From Antedon mediterranea (Eukaryota; Animalia; Echinodermata): a stretch of 64,000 bases of DNA. A program made the position numbers and the translations under genes. The stretch spans positions 10,827,888 to 10,891,887 of the forward strand of contig NC_092676.1 in the NCBI RefSeq assembly GCF_964355755.1, given 5' to 3'. The notes under the pieces were generated by a model. It searched no databases, was not told the origin of the DNA, and saw only the letters and a list, made by a program, of their open reading frames with translations. Of the stretch, positions 51,285 through 63,200 are shown in pieces (within the stretch, counting starts at the first letter, position 1; each line of letters opens with the position of its first letter).

Positions 51285-53505
51285 TTAAGTGTCAGTGATG
51301 TGCATTGTTTTACGAGCTGGCTGGATCATATTCTATCGTCAGACAGTGCTCATGAATGTATTAGAGATATTAATATTTTATATGATTATATTACTTCTGA
51401 TCATTTTCCATTGACTTTTAATTATGATATTATTCTTAATAGAGAAAGTGTTACTGTTCAGGAGAAGAGGCACTATAATTTAAATTCCAACAGGACAGTC
51501 AATTGGTCTAATGTAAAACAATCTTTTATTGATTATTACCACTCTCTTACAGAAAACATGTTGAGTAGAATTAAAATTTGTCCTTCACTTCTATCGTGTA
51601 CCGATTTTAATTGTGATAATTGTAATCATAGAAATGCAATTACTTGTCTGTATAATGATATCACTGGGTGTCTGAAATACTTTTCTGTACTTGCTTAGCC
51701 AAAGATAAGGGTAAAAATTACAATGTTATTCTAGGTTGGAATGAGCATGTAGCTGATGTACATCACATCGCTAGAGAAGCTTTTTTAATGTGGAAGTCCA
51801 ATGGGCAACCCAGAGTCGGCCCCCTATATGAGTCTATGCAGGTTTCTCGATCAAGATTCAAATTAGCTTTGAAAGTTTGTAGGACTAACGAACAGCAATT
51901 CAGGACTAATTCTATGGCTAATTCCATTAGCAATATAATAATAATTATGATCAATTTTGGGATCAAGTGAGACGACTTAATAAATGCTCCGCCAAACACT
52001 CTGATGTTATTGATGATGTTAGAGGAGATTCTAATATTTGTAATCTCTGGGCTCATCACTATGAAACACTTTTTAACTGTGTTAATATAATAATGATGGT
52101 CATAAAGAATTTGTCAGTAATCTCTAAATCAATGTATTGATGGTAATGGTTAATTGTATTACAGTAAATGATATATCTGATAGTGAAAATAAGCTTTCTC
52201 AGGGAAAAGCCGATGGGCTTGATGGTTTGGTAGCCGAAACACCTTAAATTTGCTAACAAACGATTGTTTGTTCTCTTAAGTATATGTTATAATTCTATGC
52301 TTACACACAGATTTGCCGTGGAAGACTTAGTGAATGTCATTCTTGTGCATATTGTTAAAAGTTAAAGAATGGAGACATCACGTCTAAAGATAACTATAGG
52401 CCTATTGCCTTAGCTTCTACATTATCAAAAGTTTTTGAGATGCTTCTTATCAATTTTTGTAATAATTCACAGTACTAATGACCATCAATTTGACTTTAAA
52501 TCCCAGCATTCAACTGATACTGTACATGTATTTTTGTTCTCAAACAAATAATCGATTTTTATAACTGCAATGGTAGCCCGGTATATGCCTGTTTTCTCGA
52601 CTCAAGCAAAGCCTTTGATCGAGTTAACCACTGGACATTGTTCAGAAGGCTTATTGAGAGAAATGTGCCTCTTGTTGTGATTAGGTTCCTTGTGTCCTGG
52701 TATCAACAACAATGTTTTCTAGTCAGATGGGGTAACTGTTTATCGGATAGTTTCCCAGTTACAAATGATGTAAAGGCAAGGGGGTGTAATGTCTCCTCTA
52801 TTATACAATATATAAGTTGACACTCTCAGTACGTCTCTTGGTAAAACTTAAAGTAGATATCGATGTTATTTTAACAATGTATGTTTTAATCATTTATGCT
52901 ACTGTATGCTGATGATTTTGTTGTGTTAGCTCCCTCTGCCTCAGGCCTTCAAAAACTGGTTAACACGTGTGTGGGTTTTGCATCTGAGCACGATATTATT
53001 TATAATAATAAAAAGTCTAACTGTATGCTGTTTTGTCCCACTATTCGTAGAATCTATGGGGCTCCTAAAACAGTATTGGGTGATAAGGCGCTGGAGTATG
53101 TTGATAATTTTACGTACTTAGGCCATATTTTAACTTCGAATCTAAGAGATGAGGCAGATATAAAACGCCAATATAGATCTCTATGTATTAGAGGTAATGT
53201 TTTATGTAGGAAATTTTCATACTGCTCCAAATCAATCCGAATGTTTTTTGTTTAGATCATATTGTATTAACAATAACATGTACTGTTCTCATTTATGGTC
53301 TAATCATTTTTAAAGCGAAAACAGAATGTTAATTTGTATAAATATTTGTTGATTGATTCAAACATGTACTACTGTACAAATGAAGAGAGGCATAATATAC
53401 CAGTAGATAAAAGTTTTGGTCCTCTCTCCTTCATCTTTTTTTGTGTAATGTATTACCGTATATCATATGGACAATTGTCTGAAATAAAAGTTGAATTGAA
53501 TTGAA
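51285..53505 (+). mobile_element. Decayed non-LTR retrotransposon (RTE-X-like, tentative)
   Basis: WLDHI..SDHFPL, GWNEHV...W..NGQPRVG, NYRPIAL, SKAFDRVNH, YADD.VVLAPS..GLQ, FTYLGH; AATAAA followed by a (TTGAA)n tail. Confidence 0.88.
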
Positions 53506-53849
53506 ATGTTCTTAGCTCTATCTTAACCTCGGTGGGCTGGTTCTCTGGTAGACTTGTAATTTCTTTTCATATATCAATGTATAATTGCAATTTCCGGGGA
53601 CCTAGCAGCTCTATTTTTCAAAATGTTCTTACAGATCAGCCCATGGGTGTTAGTCTCACGCATTTACAATTTTCGCATCCCCACCAGACAGCAACCTGCC
53701 TACGCCTCTGCGATTATAACGATATACAGTACCTCTTGGCCCGTGGGAAGTTTAATACCTTCGTGTATATTTTCTGTGATATAGGCATATTGAACTTCAT
53801 TTTTAAAATTGAAAGAGTGGATTTACACAGTCATCGCATCGGATCTCGT

Positions 53850-54640
53850 GCAATGTGTTTTTCGCACAGTATTTTATCTATATACCATACAAAATGGTAT
53901 ATGCTGCATCTTCTTGGTTCTGTGGAACCAGTAAAGCTATCCAAAGAAAACTACAAATTGCTCAAAACAAAATGGTTAGACTCATAAATGGAGTTGAACC
54001 CAGAAGACATATAGGTGCTGATCAATTAGACGATTATGGATTGTTAAATGTAAAATATCGAGTAAAGTTCTTGCAAATTTGCCAAGTTCATAAGATATTT
54101 ATGGGCAGAAGTGCCTCATACCTAAACGAAAACTTTCGTAGAGTTAATAACTTACATGGTCACTTCACTCGTGGTAGTAAACTCAATTTCGTTGTACCTA
54201 AAGTCCAAGGCATAGAATGCAATGCATTCTATTTTAATGCAATCAGAGAATGGAATAACCTTCATGACTATATTAAACAAATTTCCAACACATCTAAATT
54301 TAAAACTGAATTGAAACAATATTACAAAATTAAACATAGATAAATTATTATTGTGCCATTATATCAGATGTTTTGCTTATATGCTTATATATTTATGAAC
54401 CCCGTCTTATAATGTTTGTTTTGTTAAAATTATAATTACTGTCTTTTTAGGGACCACATTGGAATTAAGTTGTTTTACTTTAAACGACTTTATGTGTTTT
54501 CCCGTGCATCGTCAGACTTCATTAATCCCGCCATTTTTATTTACTTCTTTGATGTATTTTAATATTTAAGGTGATTATATATATTATTGATGTATTTTTA
54601 ATGTTATGTATTGAGATGCCAAATAAATGAAAAAAAGAAA
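53850..54640 (+). mobile_element. 5'-truncated Crack/Daphne-like (L2 group) LINE 3' end
   Basis: ORF 53855..54343 (YA.SSWF..KLQIAQNKMVR..H...TRGS..FYFNAIREWN.L); 3'UTR GGACCACATTGGAATTAAG; AATAAA and A-rich end. Confidence 0.85.
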
Positions 54641-55229
54641 ATGGAAAAAGTTGGCTACCCTAAATCTGATTAAAACGGCCTCAAATTACGCTGTAACGCG
54701 TTGCCTCCTGGCCCCCAGCCCAGCGAGGCTCGCTTCGCTCGTATAGCCCCTTCGTCGGCAAATTTAGCCCCCGCGTCAAAAAGATCCTGGCGCCACCTCT
54801 GATATCTACCTTTATCAAAATGCTTTTGCCATGAAATAGAAATATTTAGCCTATTCGGCTTTCATTTAGGATATATTTCTAGTAACTGCTGGTTTACAGC
54901 TCAATATTCTTGACTGTATTAAACTCGGCTCTTTTATTAAAGAATCACAATTGGTACCAATATACATAAATTAAATACATTTGTGCTTCCCCAATTATTC
55001 TGGTGCAATTTCTTCCGCAGTGCTAACATGTCTGGGTGCATTCAAATTCTGCATTTTAGTTGAGACAAAAACTGGGCTTAACAATCCTATCGTTCCTGAT
55101 TGTTAACTCGTCCTCTCCAGATTCAATTCTCTCTTTCAATTTATTTCTGAGATACAGTACAGTTAACCTGAAACTAAGCTAACATCACAAATGGCCTTCA
55201 TACTTTTTATGATCCTGATTTATTTGCCT

Positions 55230-55560
55230 TCAAACGACACAGTCGACTATGACTGATTTAAAGCTTGGCTGAATGGGATCTACTGCATTGAATGGTTCAG
55301 GTCATACATCTGAGATAGATCTTATAAGGCCGTATATGTGGCGAATGCTCTCATCGAACCGCTTTTAAGGTGAAATATGGTGTGACGGGAGGGTCGCTAT
55401 TATTTATTTTCATAAATGACAAATCTTCGTCGATTAACTGAAAAGTATTGCTGTATGCAAATGTTATTTTTTGAAACAATTATTAAAAGTAACTGTCAAA
55501 TATAGTGGTAAAAACATTGAAAATTTAATAATGATTTGATATTGGTTATAAGATTTAACC
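55230..55560 (+). mobile_element. Decayed L2/CR1 RT fragment
   Basis: WFRSY, YGV..GS, FIND, LLYAN remnants. Confidence 0.55.
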
Positions 55561-56160
55561 TAATATCTCATATAGGTAAGAGCTTTCTAGTCTCAAATCC
55601 ATAAACAATGAGCATTCGAATTTGTGAAGACCGACGATAAACCTTTGTATGGTCAAGCAAGGTGTCGTTGGTTTTCACCTGCACTGCACCTTAATCATCA
55701 AAACCTGTGAGAGGAAACACGTCCCAATATCTCCACATACTCACAATGAACAATGAACAAAGATCCCTAAAGCCTTATAGTTTTACACATGCGTAGAGGG
55801 ATTTGGAAGATGGAAGCATAAATATGCATGTGTATAAGCTGGCCTTTTTGGTTCGCGCCAATAAATTTGCCTAGTAAAATCGGTTTTACATTAAATCATG
55901 CGATGTATTATGTCTGATTTCTTTCATAATATATTGGTATAATACAGTAGTACAGTAGGTCTCATAACAAGTTTTACTACAATTTTCAGCCAGAAAAACA
56001 TGGAGCAAGAAGGAAAACTTTATTGTCCCACAAAAAAAAATGTATTGTTTATGACTAGAAATTAGTTATCTAGGCATTCAATCATTATGTTCCTCACTGT
56101 AATCATGTATGTTCTCTATGTTAATAAATCAATCAATAATAATAACAAATCTGCATTTAC

Positions 56161-56255
56161 TTGTATTGTGTAAGTTCGACCACCAACACATCTGGTTGCT
56201 TCCAATACTACAACATTAAATCCGTTCTCTTCCAAAAGATTAGCTGTACATAAAC
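56161..56255 (-). CDS. MAO: Flavin monoamine oxidase, exon equivalent to human MAO exon 2 (95 nt)
   Basis: AG/GT-bounded; translates (G)LCTANLLEENGFNVVVLEATRCVGGRTYTIQ, cf. MAO-B [32 protein letters not shown] (FAD Rossmann fold, GG motif). Confidence 0.93.
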
Positions 56256-57043
56256 CTATAGAATAGACAATATAAAATACAGTACACTAGATTTACTATG
56301 GTACTGTAAATGATATATCTCCTCCTACAGTATATACCATAATAGAAATGTAATAATATCGTCACTCGTCACACGAACCGGCAAATCGTCATTTTTTGTA
56401 TATTTCGAAAGTATTTACTGTATTCTAAAGAACAATTGATGCAAATATCAACTGCGTATCTTATTTCATTAATTAATTATTTTAAGTATAATTTGGTGAA
56501 TATATTAATTATGATATATAATCATTCGTCACATGAAGTGCCGAATATCATGAGTAAAACGTGCATCATGCATACTGTTTATGCGCCTCAATACGGCGAA
56601 TATGCAATTCGTCACTCATATGTGATCTGATTGGTTTATTGCATATCTGGAACATTCCATTATTTGCTAGCCAATTTTCAGTCCCGCGAAGTTAAATTGA
56701 GTATAGATTATAGAATATTGAACAGTATTTTACCCAGTAAAAACTGATTTGATAAATTATTTAGTAAGCTAATTATATAAATACATTTCAGGAAATTTAA
56801 TGCATTGTTTCGATGTTTGTTCTTTTGTACGTTCACTCGAGCACTAGCAAGAACATTAAATTAAATTATGGCACTGACAATACACGAAACGGTATGCTAA
56901 CGATTAGGCCTACAACAATGTTATAGTCCTAAATTATTTTGAAATATTTGATGTGATGCTTATAACTTATGAAGCAAATGCGAACAATGTGGCCTTAGTC
57001 TTCGAATTTTGGTTCTGATACAGATAGTTATGAAGTATATCAT

Positions 57044-57401
57044 TGTAACGGTAGTCGTGTCGAGGGCCAAGACAGTAATGATGGCACAAAATTATTCAAT
57101 GTACAAAATATAATATTTATTCAATCAAAAGTAATATTATAAAACAATGTGAAAATGTAGTGATTCTGACTGATGTTATAGTCTCAAGAATCAATACCCG
57201 AACTAACTTCCTTAACTACAAAACATATATTTATATTAAGGGTACAGGAAGGATGACTAATTAAATGGTACCACATCCTGATTGACTTTCCTTGGAAGAC
57301 CCACCTCAGGAATGTAGTGTTCCAAGTTAAGTAGACATCGGGGAGAATAAGGGGTGAATATAGCCTGTGTGACTAATAGGGTTTGGTCCCACCATGTTAC
57401 A
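57044..57401 (-). mobile_element. Solo LTR (358 bp)
   Basis: TGTAAC...GTTACA termini; perfect 5-bp TSD ATCAT (57039-57043, 57402-57406); minus-strand TATAAATA (~57230) then AATAAA (~57118). Confidence 0.8.
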
Positions 57402-57626
57402 ATCATAGACTATGTAAGATGATGGGACAAAGAAAGACGATGATAATTTAGTTATTAAACACATTAAATTATTTAGGCATCTATGTTTTTAAATAATTTA
57501 TCTTGGGAGAGGACGGCCATTTTTAGGGTTAATCTCTAACAGTTATAATACAAGATATCCCGTAGGGTCAGATCTAATGCCGTATGTTTTTCACATAATT
57601 ACCATATATCTATTATGTAATTATTA

Positions 57627-60600
57627 TCTATATATAAATTTACGTAAGGGCAAAATTCGGTAAATCGCGCCTTACTTCTATAATTTTTACTCGATGGTAT
57701 ATAAAGTTGGTTCGTACTTTCGGTACTGATTTTAACCACCTGATGTAACCCTGTTTACTAATTAAATTAAGTTAGATAATAAGTTATTGACGGTTAAAAC
57801 GAATTTAGGTTCCAAGATTTGCCCCAAATAGGGGTGTTTTCCGACCGTGGTATACACTGTATAATGGATGTCCGTCTTGAAAAATACCCGCCACAAAAAT
57901 GCGAGGAGGCTTCGCATTTTCCTATCTCCTCCTACGATAATTGTTTTTAATGGCTGAAAACCGGTTGAACAGCTAGAGTACACCATCATAATGTTGAAGA
58001 CAGGCCGATTTTCTTTAAAAAATACTATTTTGATACATTTAATATACGTTTTTACAAATGTATTGATTTGTGATGAATGGAACATTCCAAATTATTTGGT
58101 TTAACCATACAGGTATAGATTTAGATTTATGGGCCCCCTTGGAGAATGAACATAAATAGTATTGCAATGCTGTACAATACTGTTAAGGTATTAACCACTT
58201 TTGATCGCAATTTGAATCGCAAATTTCTTACTGTGAGTGTTGGTACTGTTAGATGTAATATAAAAATATATACAAATAAACTTTATTACTGTGAGTGTGG
58301 GTAGGCCCTACTGTTAGATTATAAACATATAATATACAAATAAACATTCCACATTATTTGGTTTAACCATAGAGGTATAGATTTAGATTTATGGGCCCCC
58401 TTGGAGAATAAACATAAATAGTATTGCAATGCTGTACAATACTGTTATCGGTAAATCGCGCCTTACTTCTATAATTTTTACTCGATGGTATATAAAGTTG
58501 GTTCGTACTTTCGGTACTGATTTTAACCACCTGATGTAACCCTGTTTACTAATTAAATTAAGTTAGATAATAAGTTATTGACGGTTAAAACGAATTTAGG
58601 TTCCAAGATTTGCCCCAAATAGGGGTGTTTTCCGACCGTGGTATACACTGTATAATGGATGTCCGTCTTGAAAAATACCCGCCACAAAAATGCGAGGAGG
58701 CTTCGCATTTTCCTATCTCCTCCTACGATAATTGTTTTTAATGGCTGAAAACCGGTTGAACAGCTAGAGTACACCATCATAATGTTGAAGACAGGCCGAT
58801 TTTCTTTAAAAAATACTATTTTGATACATTTAATATACGTTTTTACAAATGTATTGATTTGTGATGAATGGAACATTCCAAATTATTTGGTTTAACCATA
58901 CAGGTATAGATTTAGATTTATGGGCCCCCTTGGAGAATGAACATAAATAGTATTGCAATGCTGTACAATACTGTTAAGGTATTAACCACTTTTGATCGCA
59001 ATTTGAATCGCAAATTTCTTACTGTGAGTGTTGGTACTGTTAGATGTACTATAAAAATATATACAAACTAGACATGTAACTCGTCACTTTGACGAGTTTG
59101 GTTATCCGCCGCGCAAGTGGTGCAACATTAACATTAAGGGGATAGGTTGAGGACAAAAGGAAGTGTTCACGTTGGCATTATGACCTGAACTGAAGAATAT
59201 GATATGTTGTTATTGCTGAATTTTATTATTTAAATTCATATATAGTATACACAGTCTAATCTGTATCCATATCACATACAGTGTAGAATAGGTGAAATTA
59301 CGGGACCCGCTATTTATTGCAATTTTTAACATGTTGACGGTTTTAAAATGAAACGCGAAGGTAGCAATTCCGAAAGTAAATTATCTCAGCAACAACGTAT
59401 TAGCGTGTAGAAGAAATTTGAATACGTGAAATATTGATGCGCGCTCTTTTAAATGTAATGAATTATGACGCAAAAGATGAAAATACGACCTTTTTTATTT
59501 AACTGGCCATATGATGACGTCACAACATCCGATTGGCAACATTTTAACATAATTTCGTATCTACAATCCAATAGCTTCCAGAAAAAGTTTTAATCGTGAT
59601 TATCACATTTTATTCTTACGAGCTATAACAGATTAAAATTTACTGTAAAGATGAAATTGATGCCACACGTGATTTCAATTTTTAGGCATGATGACGTCAT
59701 AAAAATTAAAATATTTTTCACTCATGCGAAAGATAGTTGATTGACCTAGACAATATCAAAATCGGGGTGAAAATGGAAAACGGATAAGTGGAGATGCGCT
59801 CTATTCAATGTGATGAGCTATGACGAAAGATACAAAAATCCTAAATTTTATATTCGCGTGGCCATACGATGACGTCACAATGTCCGGTTAGCCATATTAA
59901 TACCTGATCCGATATCTACAACTCATCTACTTCCAGAATATGCCATCCACAAAAAGTTGACCGTTTAGTTTAGAAATTACGACTGTTTAAAAAAAGGCAT
60001 ATTTTAAACGAATTTTTTAACCTTTTCATAAAAAACGCGCGCAAATTGTCCAATTCGACGTGCTCGTATGACGTATCTTTAAGTCGAAATTGTTAAAAAT
60101 TTGGTAAAATTACATGAAAAGGCTGGAAAAACATAAATCACGCGAAAAAAATACGTTTTCAATGCTACGTGCGCACCGCACACGTAAAAATGTGCGCACG
60201 CGTGGGAATTTTTTACATGCTTAAAACGACATGAAACGCGTAGAAAGTTGATTATAAATTAGTTTCGCGCATTTTGAAATTTTAAATGCGCGTGCGCGCG
60301 TAACTTTGTGTAAAACACGCAATTTTTTTTCAACAGAAAGTTAGCGCATGATATAAATTAAACTTTTGCAAAGTTTCAAGTTGAAATGTTATTTGGTTTT
60401 CGACATATGTTCAATACGAGAAAATCGTTAAATCGCGCGTACGTCACTTTGCGCAATTGTAAACATCATGAAAAGCTTCGCTTGACGACGTTACATAAAT
60501 GTCAAAATGTTAACATAGTTAACAAAATGTTATGTTTGCAAGTTTCAGAGAAAAGCGTTACACAAAAATCATACAGAAAGAAAGAAGAAGAATAAAAAGT

Positions 60601-61573
60601 TGATGATGATGATGATTTCGTACAATCACAAGAGGTTATCCTGCAACTTCGTTGCGGATAACCAATAAACTTTATTACTGTGAGTGTGGGTAGGCCCTAC
60701 TGTTAGATTATAAACATATAATATACAAATAAACATTCCACATTATTTGGTTTAACCATAGAGGTATAGATTTAGATTTATGGGCCCCCTTGGAGAATAA
60801 ACATAAATAGTATTGCAATGCTGTACAATACTGTTAAGGTATTAACCACTTTTGATCCCAATTTTAATCGCAAATTTCTTACTGTGAGTGTTGGTACTGT
60901 TAGATGTAATATAAAAATATATACAAATAAACTTTATTACTGTGAGTGTGGGTAGGCCCTACTGTTAGATTATAAACATATAATATACAAATAAATAAAC
61001 GTTATTACTGACAGTTGCTTCTCAACGTTTGTATTAATTAATAATTTAAAAATATATAAACGTCGTAGTGGTGTATCGTTACATGTACTTTACTATTTCA
61101 ATCGACTATGACAGTGAGAGTTTTAACAAAGTACCGTATTAAATCGTAAATGTTTTACTGTATTTAGTGGTATATTATTTATAGGCCTATAAAACATTAA
61201 AAACAATATTTCGTTACTGAGTGGATAAGAATATATTTTAAAATGTTTCCTCTTTGTACCTATCTTCTTCCCCCATCCCTCAACCCTTAATGTTACATAC
61301 AAAACACAAATTGGGTTTGTTTAAATGAGTCCAAATAAAAAAATTTGACTCATTTTGTTTCTCTCTCGGAAGTAATTCCCAGGGTGCTAATTTTGGTTGA
61401 CTACATAAATCATTGTGTATATTTATTCGTTTCTGTAAACGACAATGTATTATAGTCCTGCGGTACGTACATTTGAAATCTCCATTTTTTTCTCGCTGGA
61501 AATACTGTGTATTCGAGAACCATCTGTGGGCACGACCTAGATGGTACGCGAGCGAAGCGAGCGTGCCATCTAG
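57627..61573 (+). mobile_element. Non-autonomous Helitron copy 2 with internal duplications and a HINE-B insertion
   Basis: A|TCTATATATAAA ... GCGAGCGAAGCGAGCGTGCCATCTAG|T; 791-bp near-perfect duplication (57657/58448); ~262-bp tandem unit. Confidence 0.9.
59067..60664 (-). mobile_element. Helentron-type HINE-B copy 2
   Basis: Reverse complement of 4597-6178; the empty site ATACAAATAAAC is visible in sister tandem units (58270, 60920), showing a T|T insertion with no TSD. Confidence 0.9.
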
Positions 61574-61599
61574 TTACTGTAATTATAATAATTTCGTAT

Positions 61600-63200
61600 A
61601 GCTCAATGTGTAATGAAAAACGAATTAGCCGATGTCTTCGATTTATTCAATCTTGTAGGAGACCGGAATCGGAAGTTTGTGGCATTGCTGTCAATGGTAT
61701 TTTCGTATATAGTTGCAAAAATGCAAAAGGGAGCTAGCCGTGTGACTCTTCAAGTTTTTAAATCATGTAGGGGGCGAATCGGAAATTTTGGAGATACTAT
61801 CATGAAAAAGTTGCGGTCAATGGAATTTCAGTATACTCCCAAAGGGTAATAGTTACAATGTAAAAAAGAATTATGTCATGTGGTTTTTCGCATGATTTTG
61901 AATCTTGTAGGGCCCAACGGGCATTTTTGGGCTACTGTCTAGAGCAACTTACAAGATAAAGTTGCTGTCGTGAGTATGTTCGTATATCCCAAAGATGAAT
62001 AAATATAAATTTGAGTTAGTGTGTACCGACATTTAGTGTTTACCGACATTTAGTGTTTACCGACCAACCAACCAATATTGTTGAAAATGTTAAACAAGAC
62101 CAAAATAATCAGCTTTCGCTTATTCCGAAACAAACAAACTAAATACCATAACAGACCAAAAAGAAGGAAAATGATTTAACAAAACAATTCGTTTTCAAGC
62201 GAAATGGAATCTATCGATCAATAATGAGAAACCAAATGATTCCGGCCAAAGAATCAATTTACAGAAAATGTGAAAATTATAGGCCTAGTAGCAGAGACCA
62301 TATTTTGGTGTAGGCCTACACGTACAGTAGGTATCTCGATGATAAAATAGAAAGGTAACCATACATTTTATATCAATATATTATATATTAAACAAGTTCA
62401 GAGTCTCGGTGAAGATCCTATGTTTTTTGTTTTCTTGTGTTATAAGTTTCACCCACTTTTATTTCTTCGTCTGTTCAAATGTTTATTTACAATACATTGC
62501 ACATAATAATAATAATGTGGAGCATTGTAACGCCATACAGTACATTATACTTCAACAGCATTTTTGGGCTACTGTCTGGAGCAACTTACAAGAAAAAGTT
62601 GCTGTCATGTCAATGGTATTTTTGTGCATCCCAATGTGTAACAGTTACAATGCAAAATAAATTAGCCGTGTGGTTCTTTACATGATTAAATTGTGTATGG
62701 CCCAATGGGCATTTTTGGGCTACTGTCTGGAGTAACTTACAAGATAAAGTTGCTGTCAAATGTTATTTTTGTGCATCCCAATGTGTAGCAGTTACAATGC
62801 AAAATAAATTAGCCGTGTGGTTCTTTGCATGATTAAATTGTGTATGGCCCAATGGGCATTTTTGGGCTACAGTCTGGGGCAACTTACAGGATAAAGTTGC
62901 TGTCAATGGTATTTTTGTGCATCCCAATGTGTAACACTAACAGTTACAATGCAAAATAAATTAGCCGTGTGGCTCTTTGCATGATTAAATTGTGTATGGC
63001 CCAACGGGCATTTTTGGGCTACTGTCTGGGGCAACTCACAGGATAACGTTGCTGTCAATAGTATTTTGTGCACCCCAATGTGTGACAGTTACAATGCAAA
63101 AGGAATTAGTTATGTGGCCCTTGACATGAATAACCCTATTTATGAGTGGTCACTTTGGGCTACTGTCTCGGCCAACTTGCAGGATAAAGTTGCTGTCATT
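61600..63200. repeat. ~150-bp tandem repeat interrupted at ~61990-62550
   Basis: GCATTTTTGGGCTACWGTCT recurs at 61921, 62558, 62709, 62856, 63008 and ~63150; more diverged units upstream. Confidence 0.85.

Larger units (their letters stand above)
51063..54801. mobile_element. hAT-like MITE hosting two LINEs
   Basis: CAGTGTTGGCGCCAG ... CTGGCGCCACCTCTG termini; internal unit CAATTTCCGGGGACCTA occurs on both sides of the LINE insertion; TSD degenerate. Confidence 0.5.

Noticed and set aside
56338-57617. Possible TIR element around the solo LTR (CATAATAGA...TCTATTATG)
   Set aside because: The inverted match is short and AT-rich, with no TSD or second copy in the window.
57762-58876. Two identical 107-aa ORFs as a duplicated gene
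   Set aside because: They lie antisense in a duplicated Helitron segment, and the paralogue at ~20940-21265 has a frameshift in this frame.
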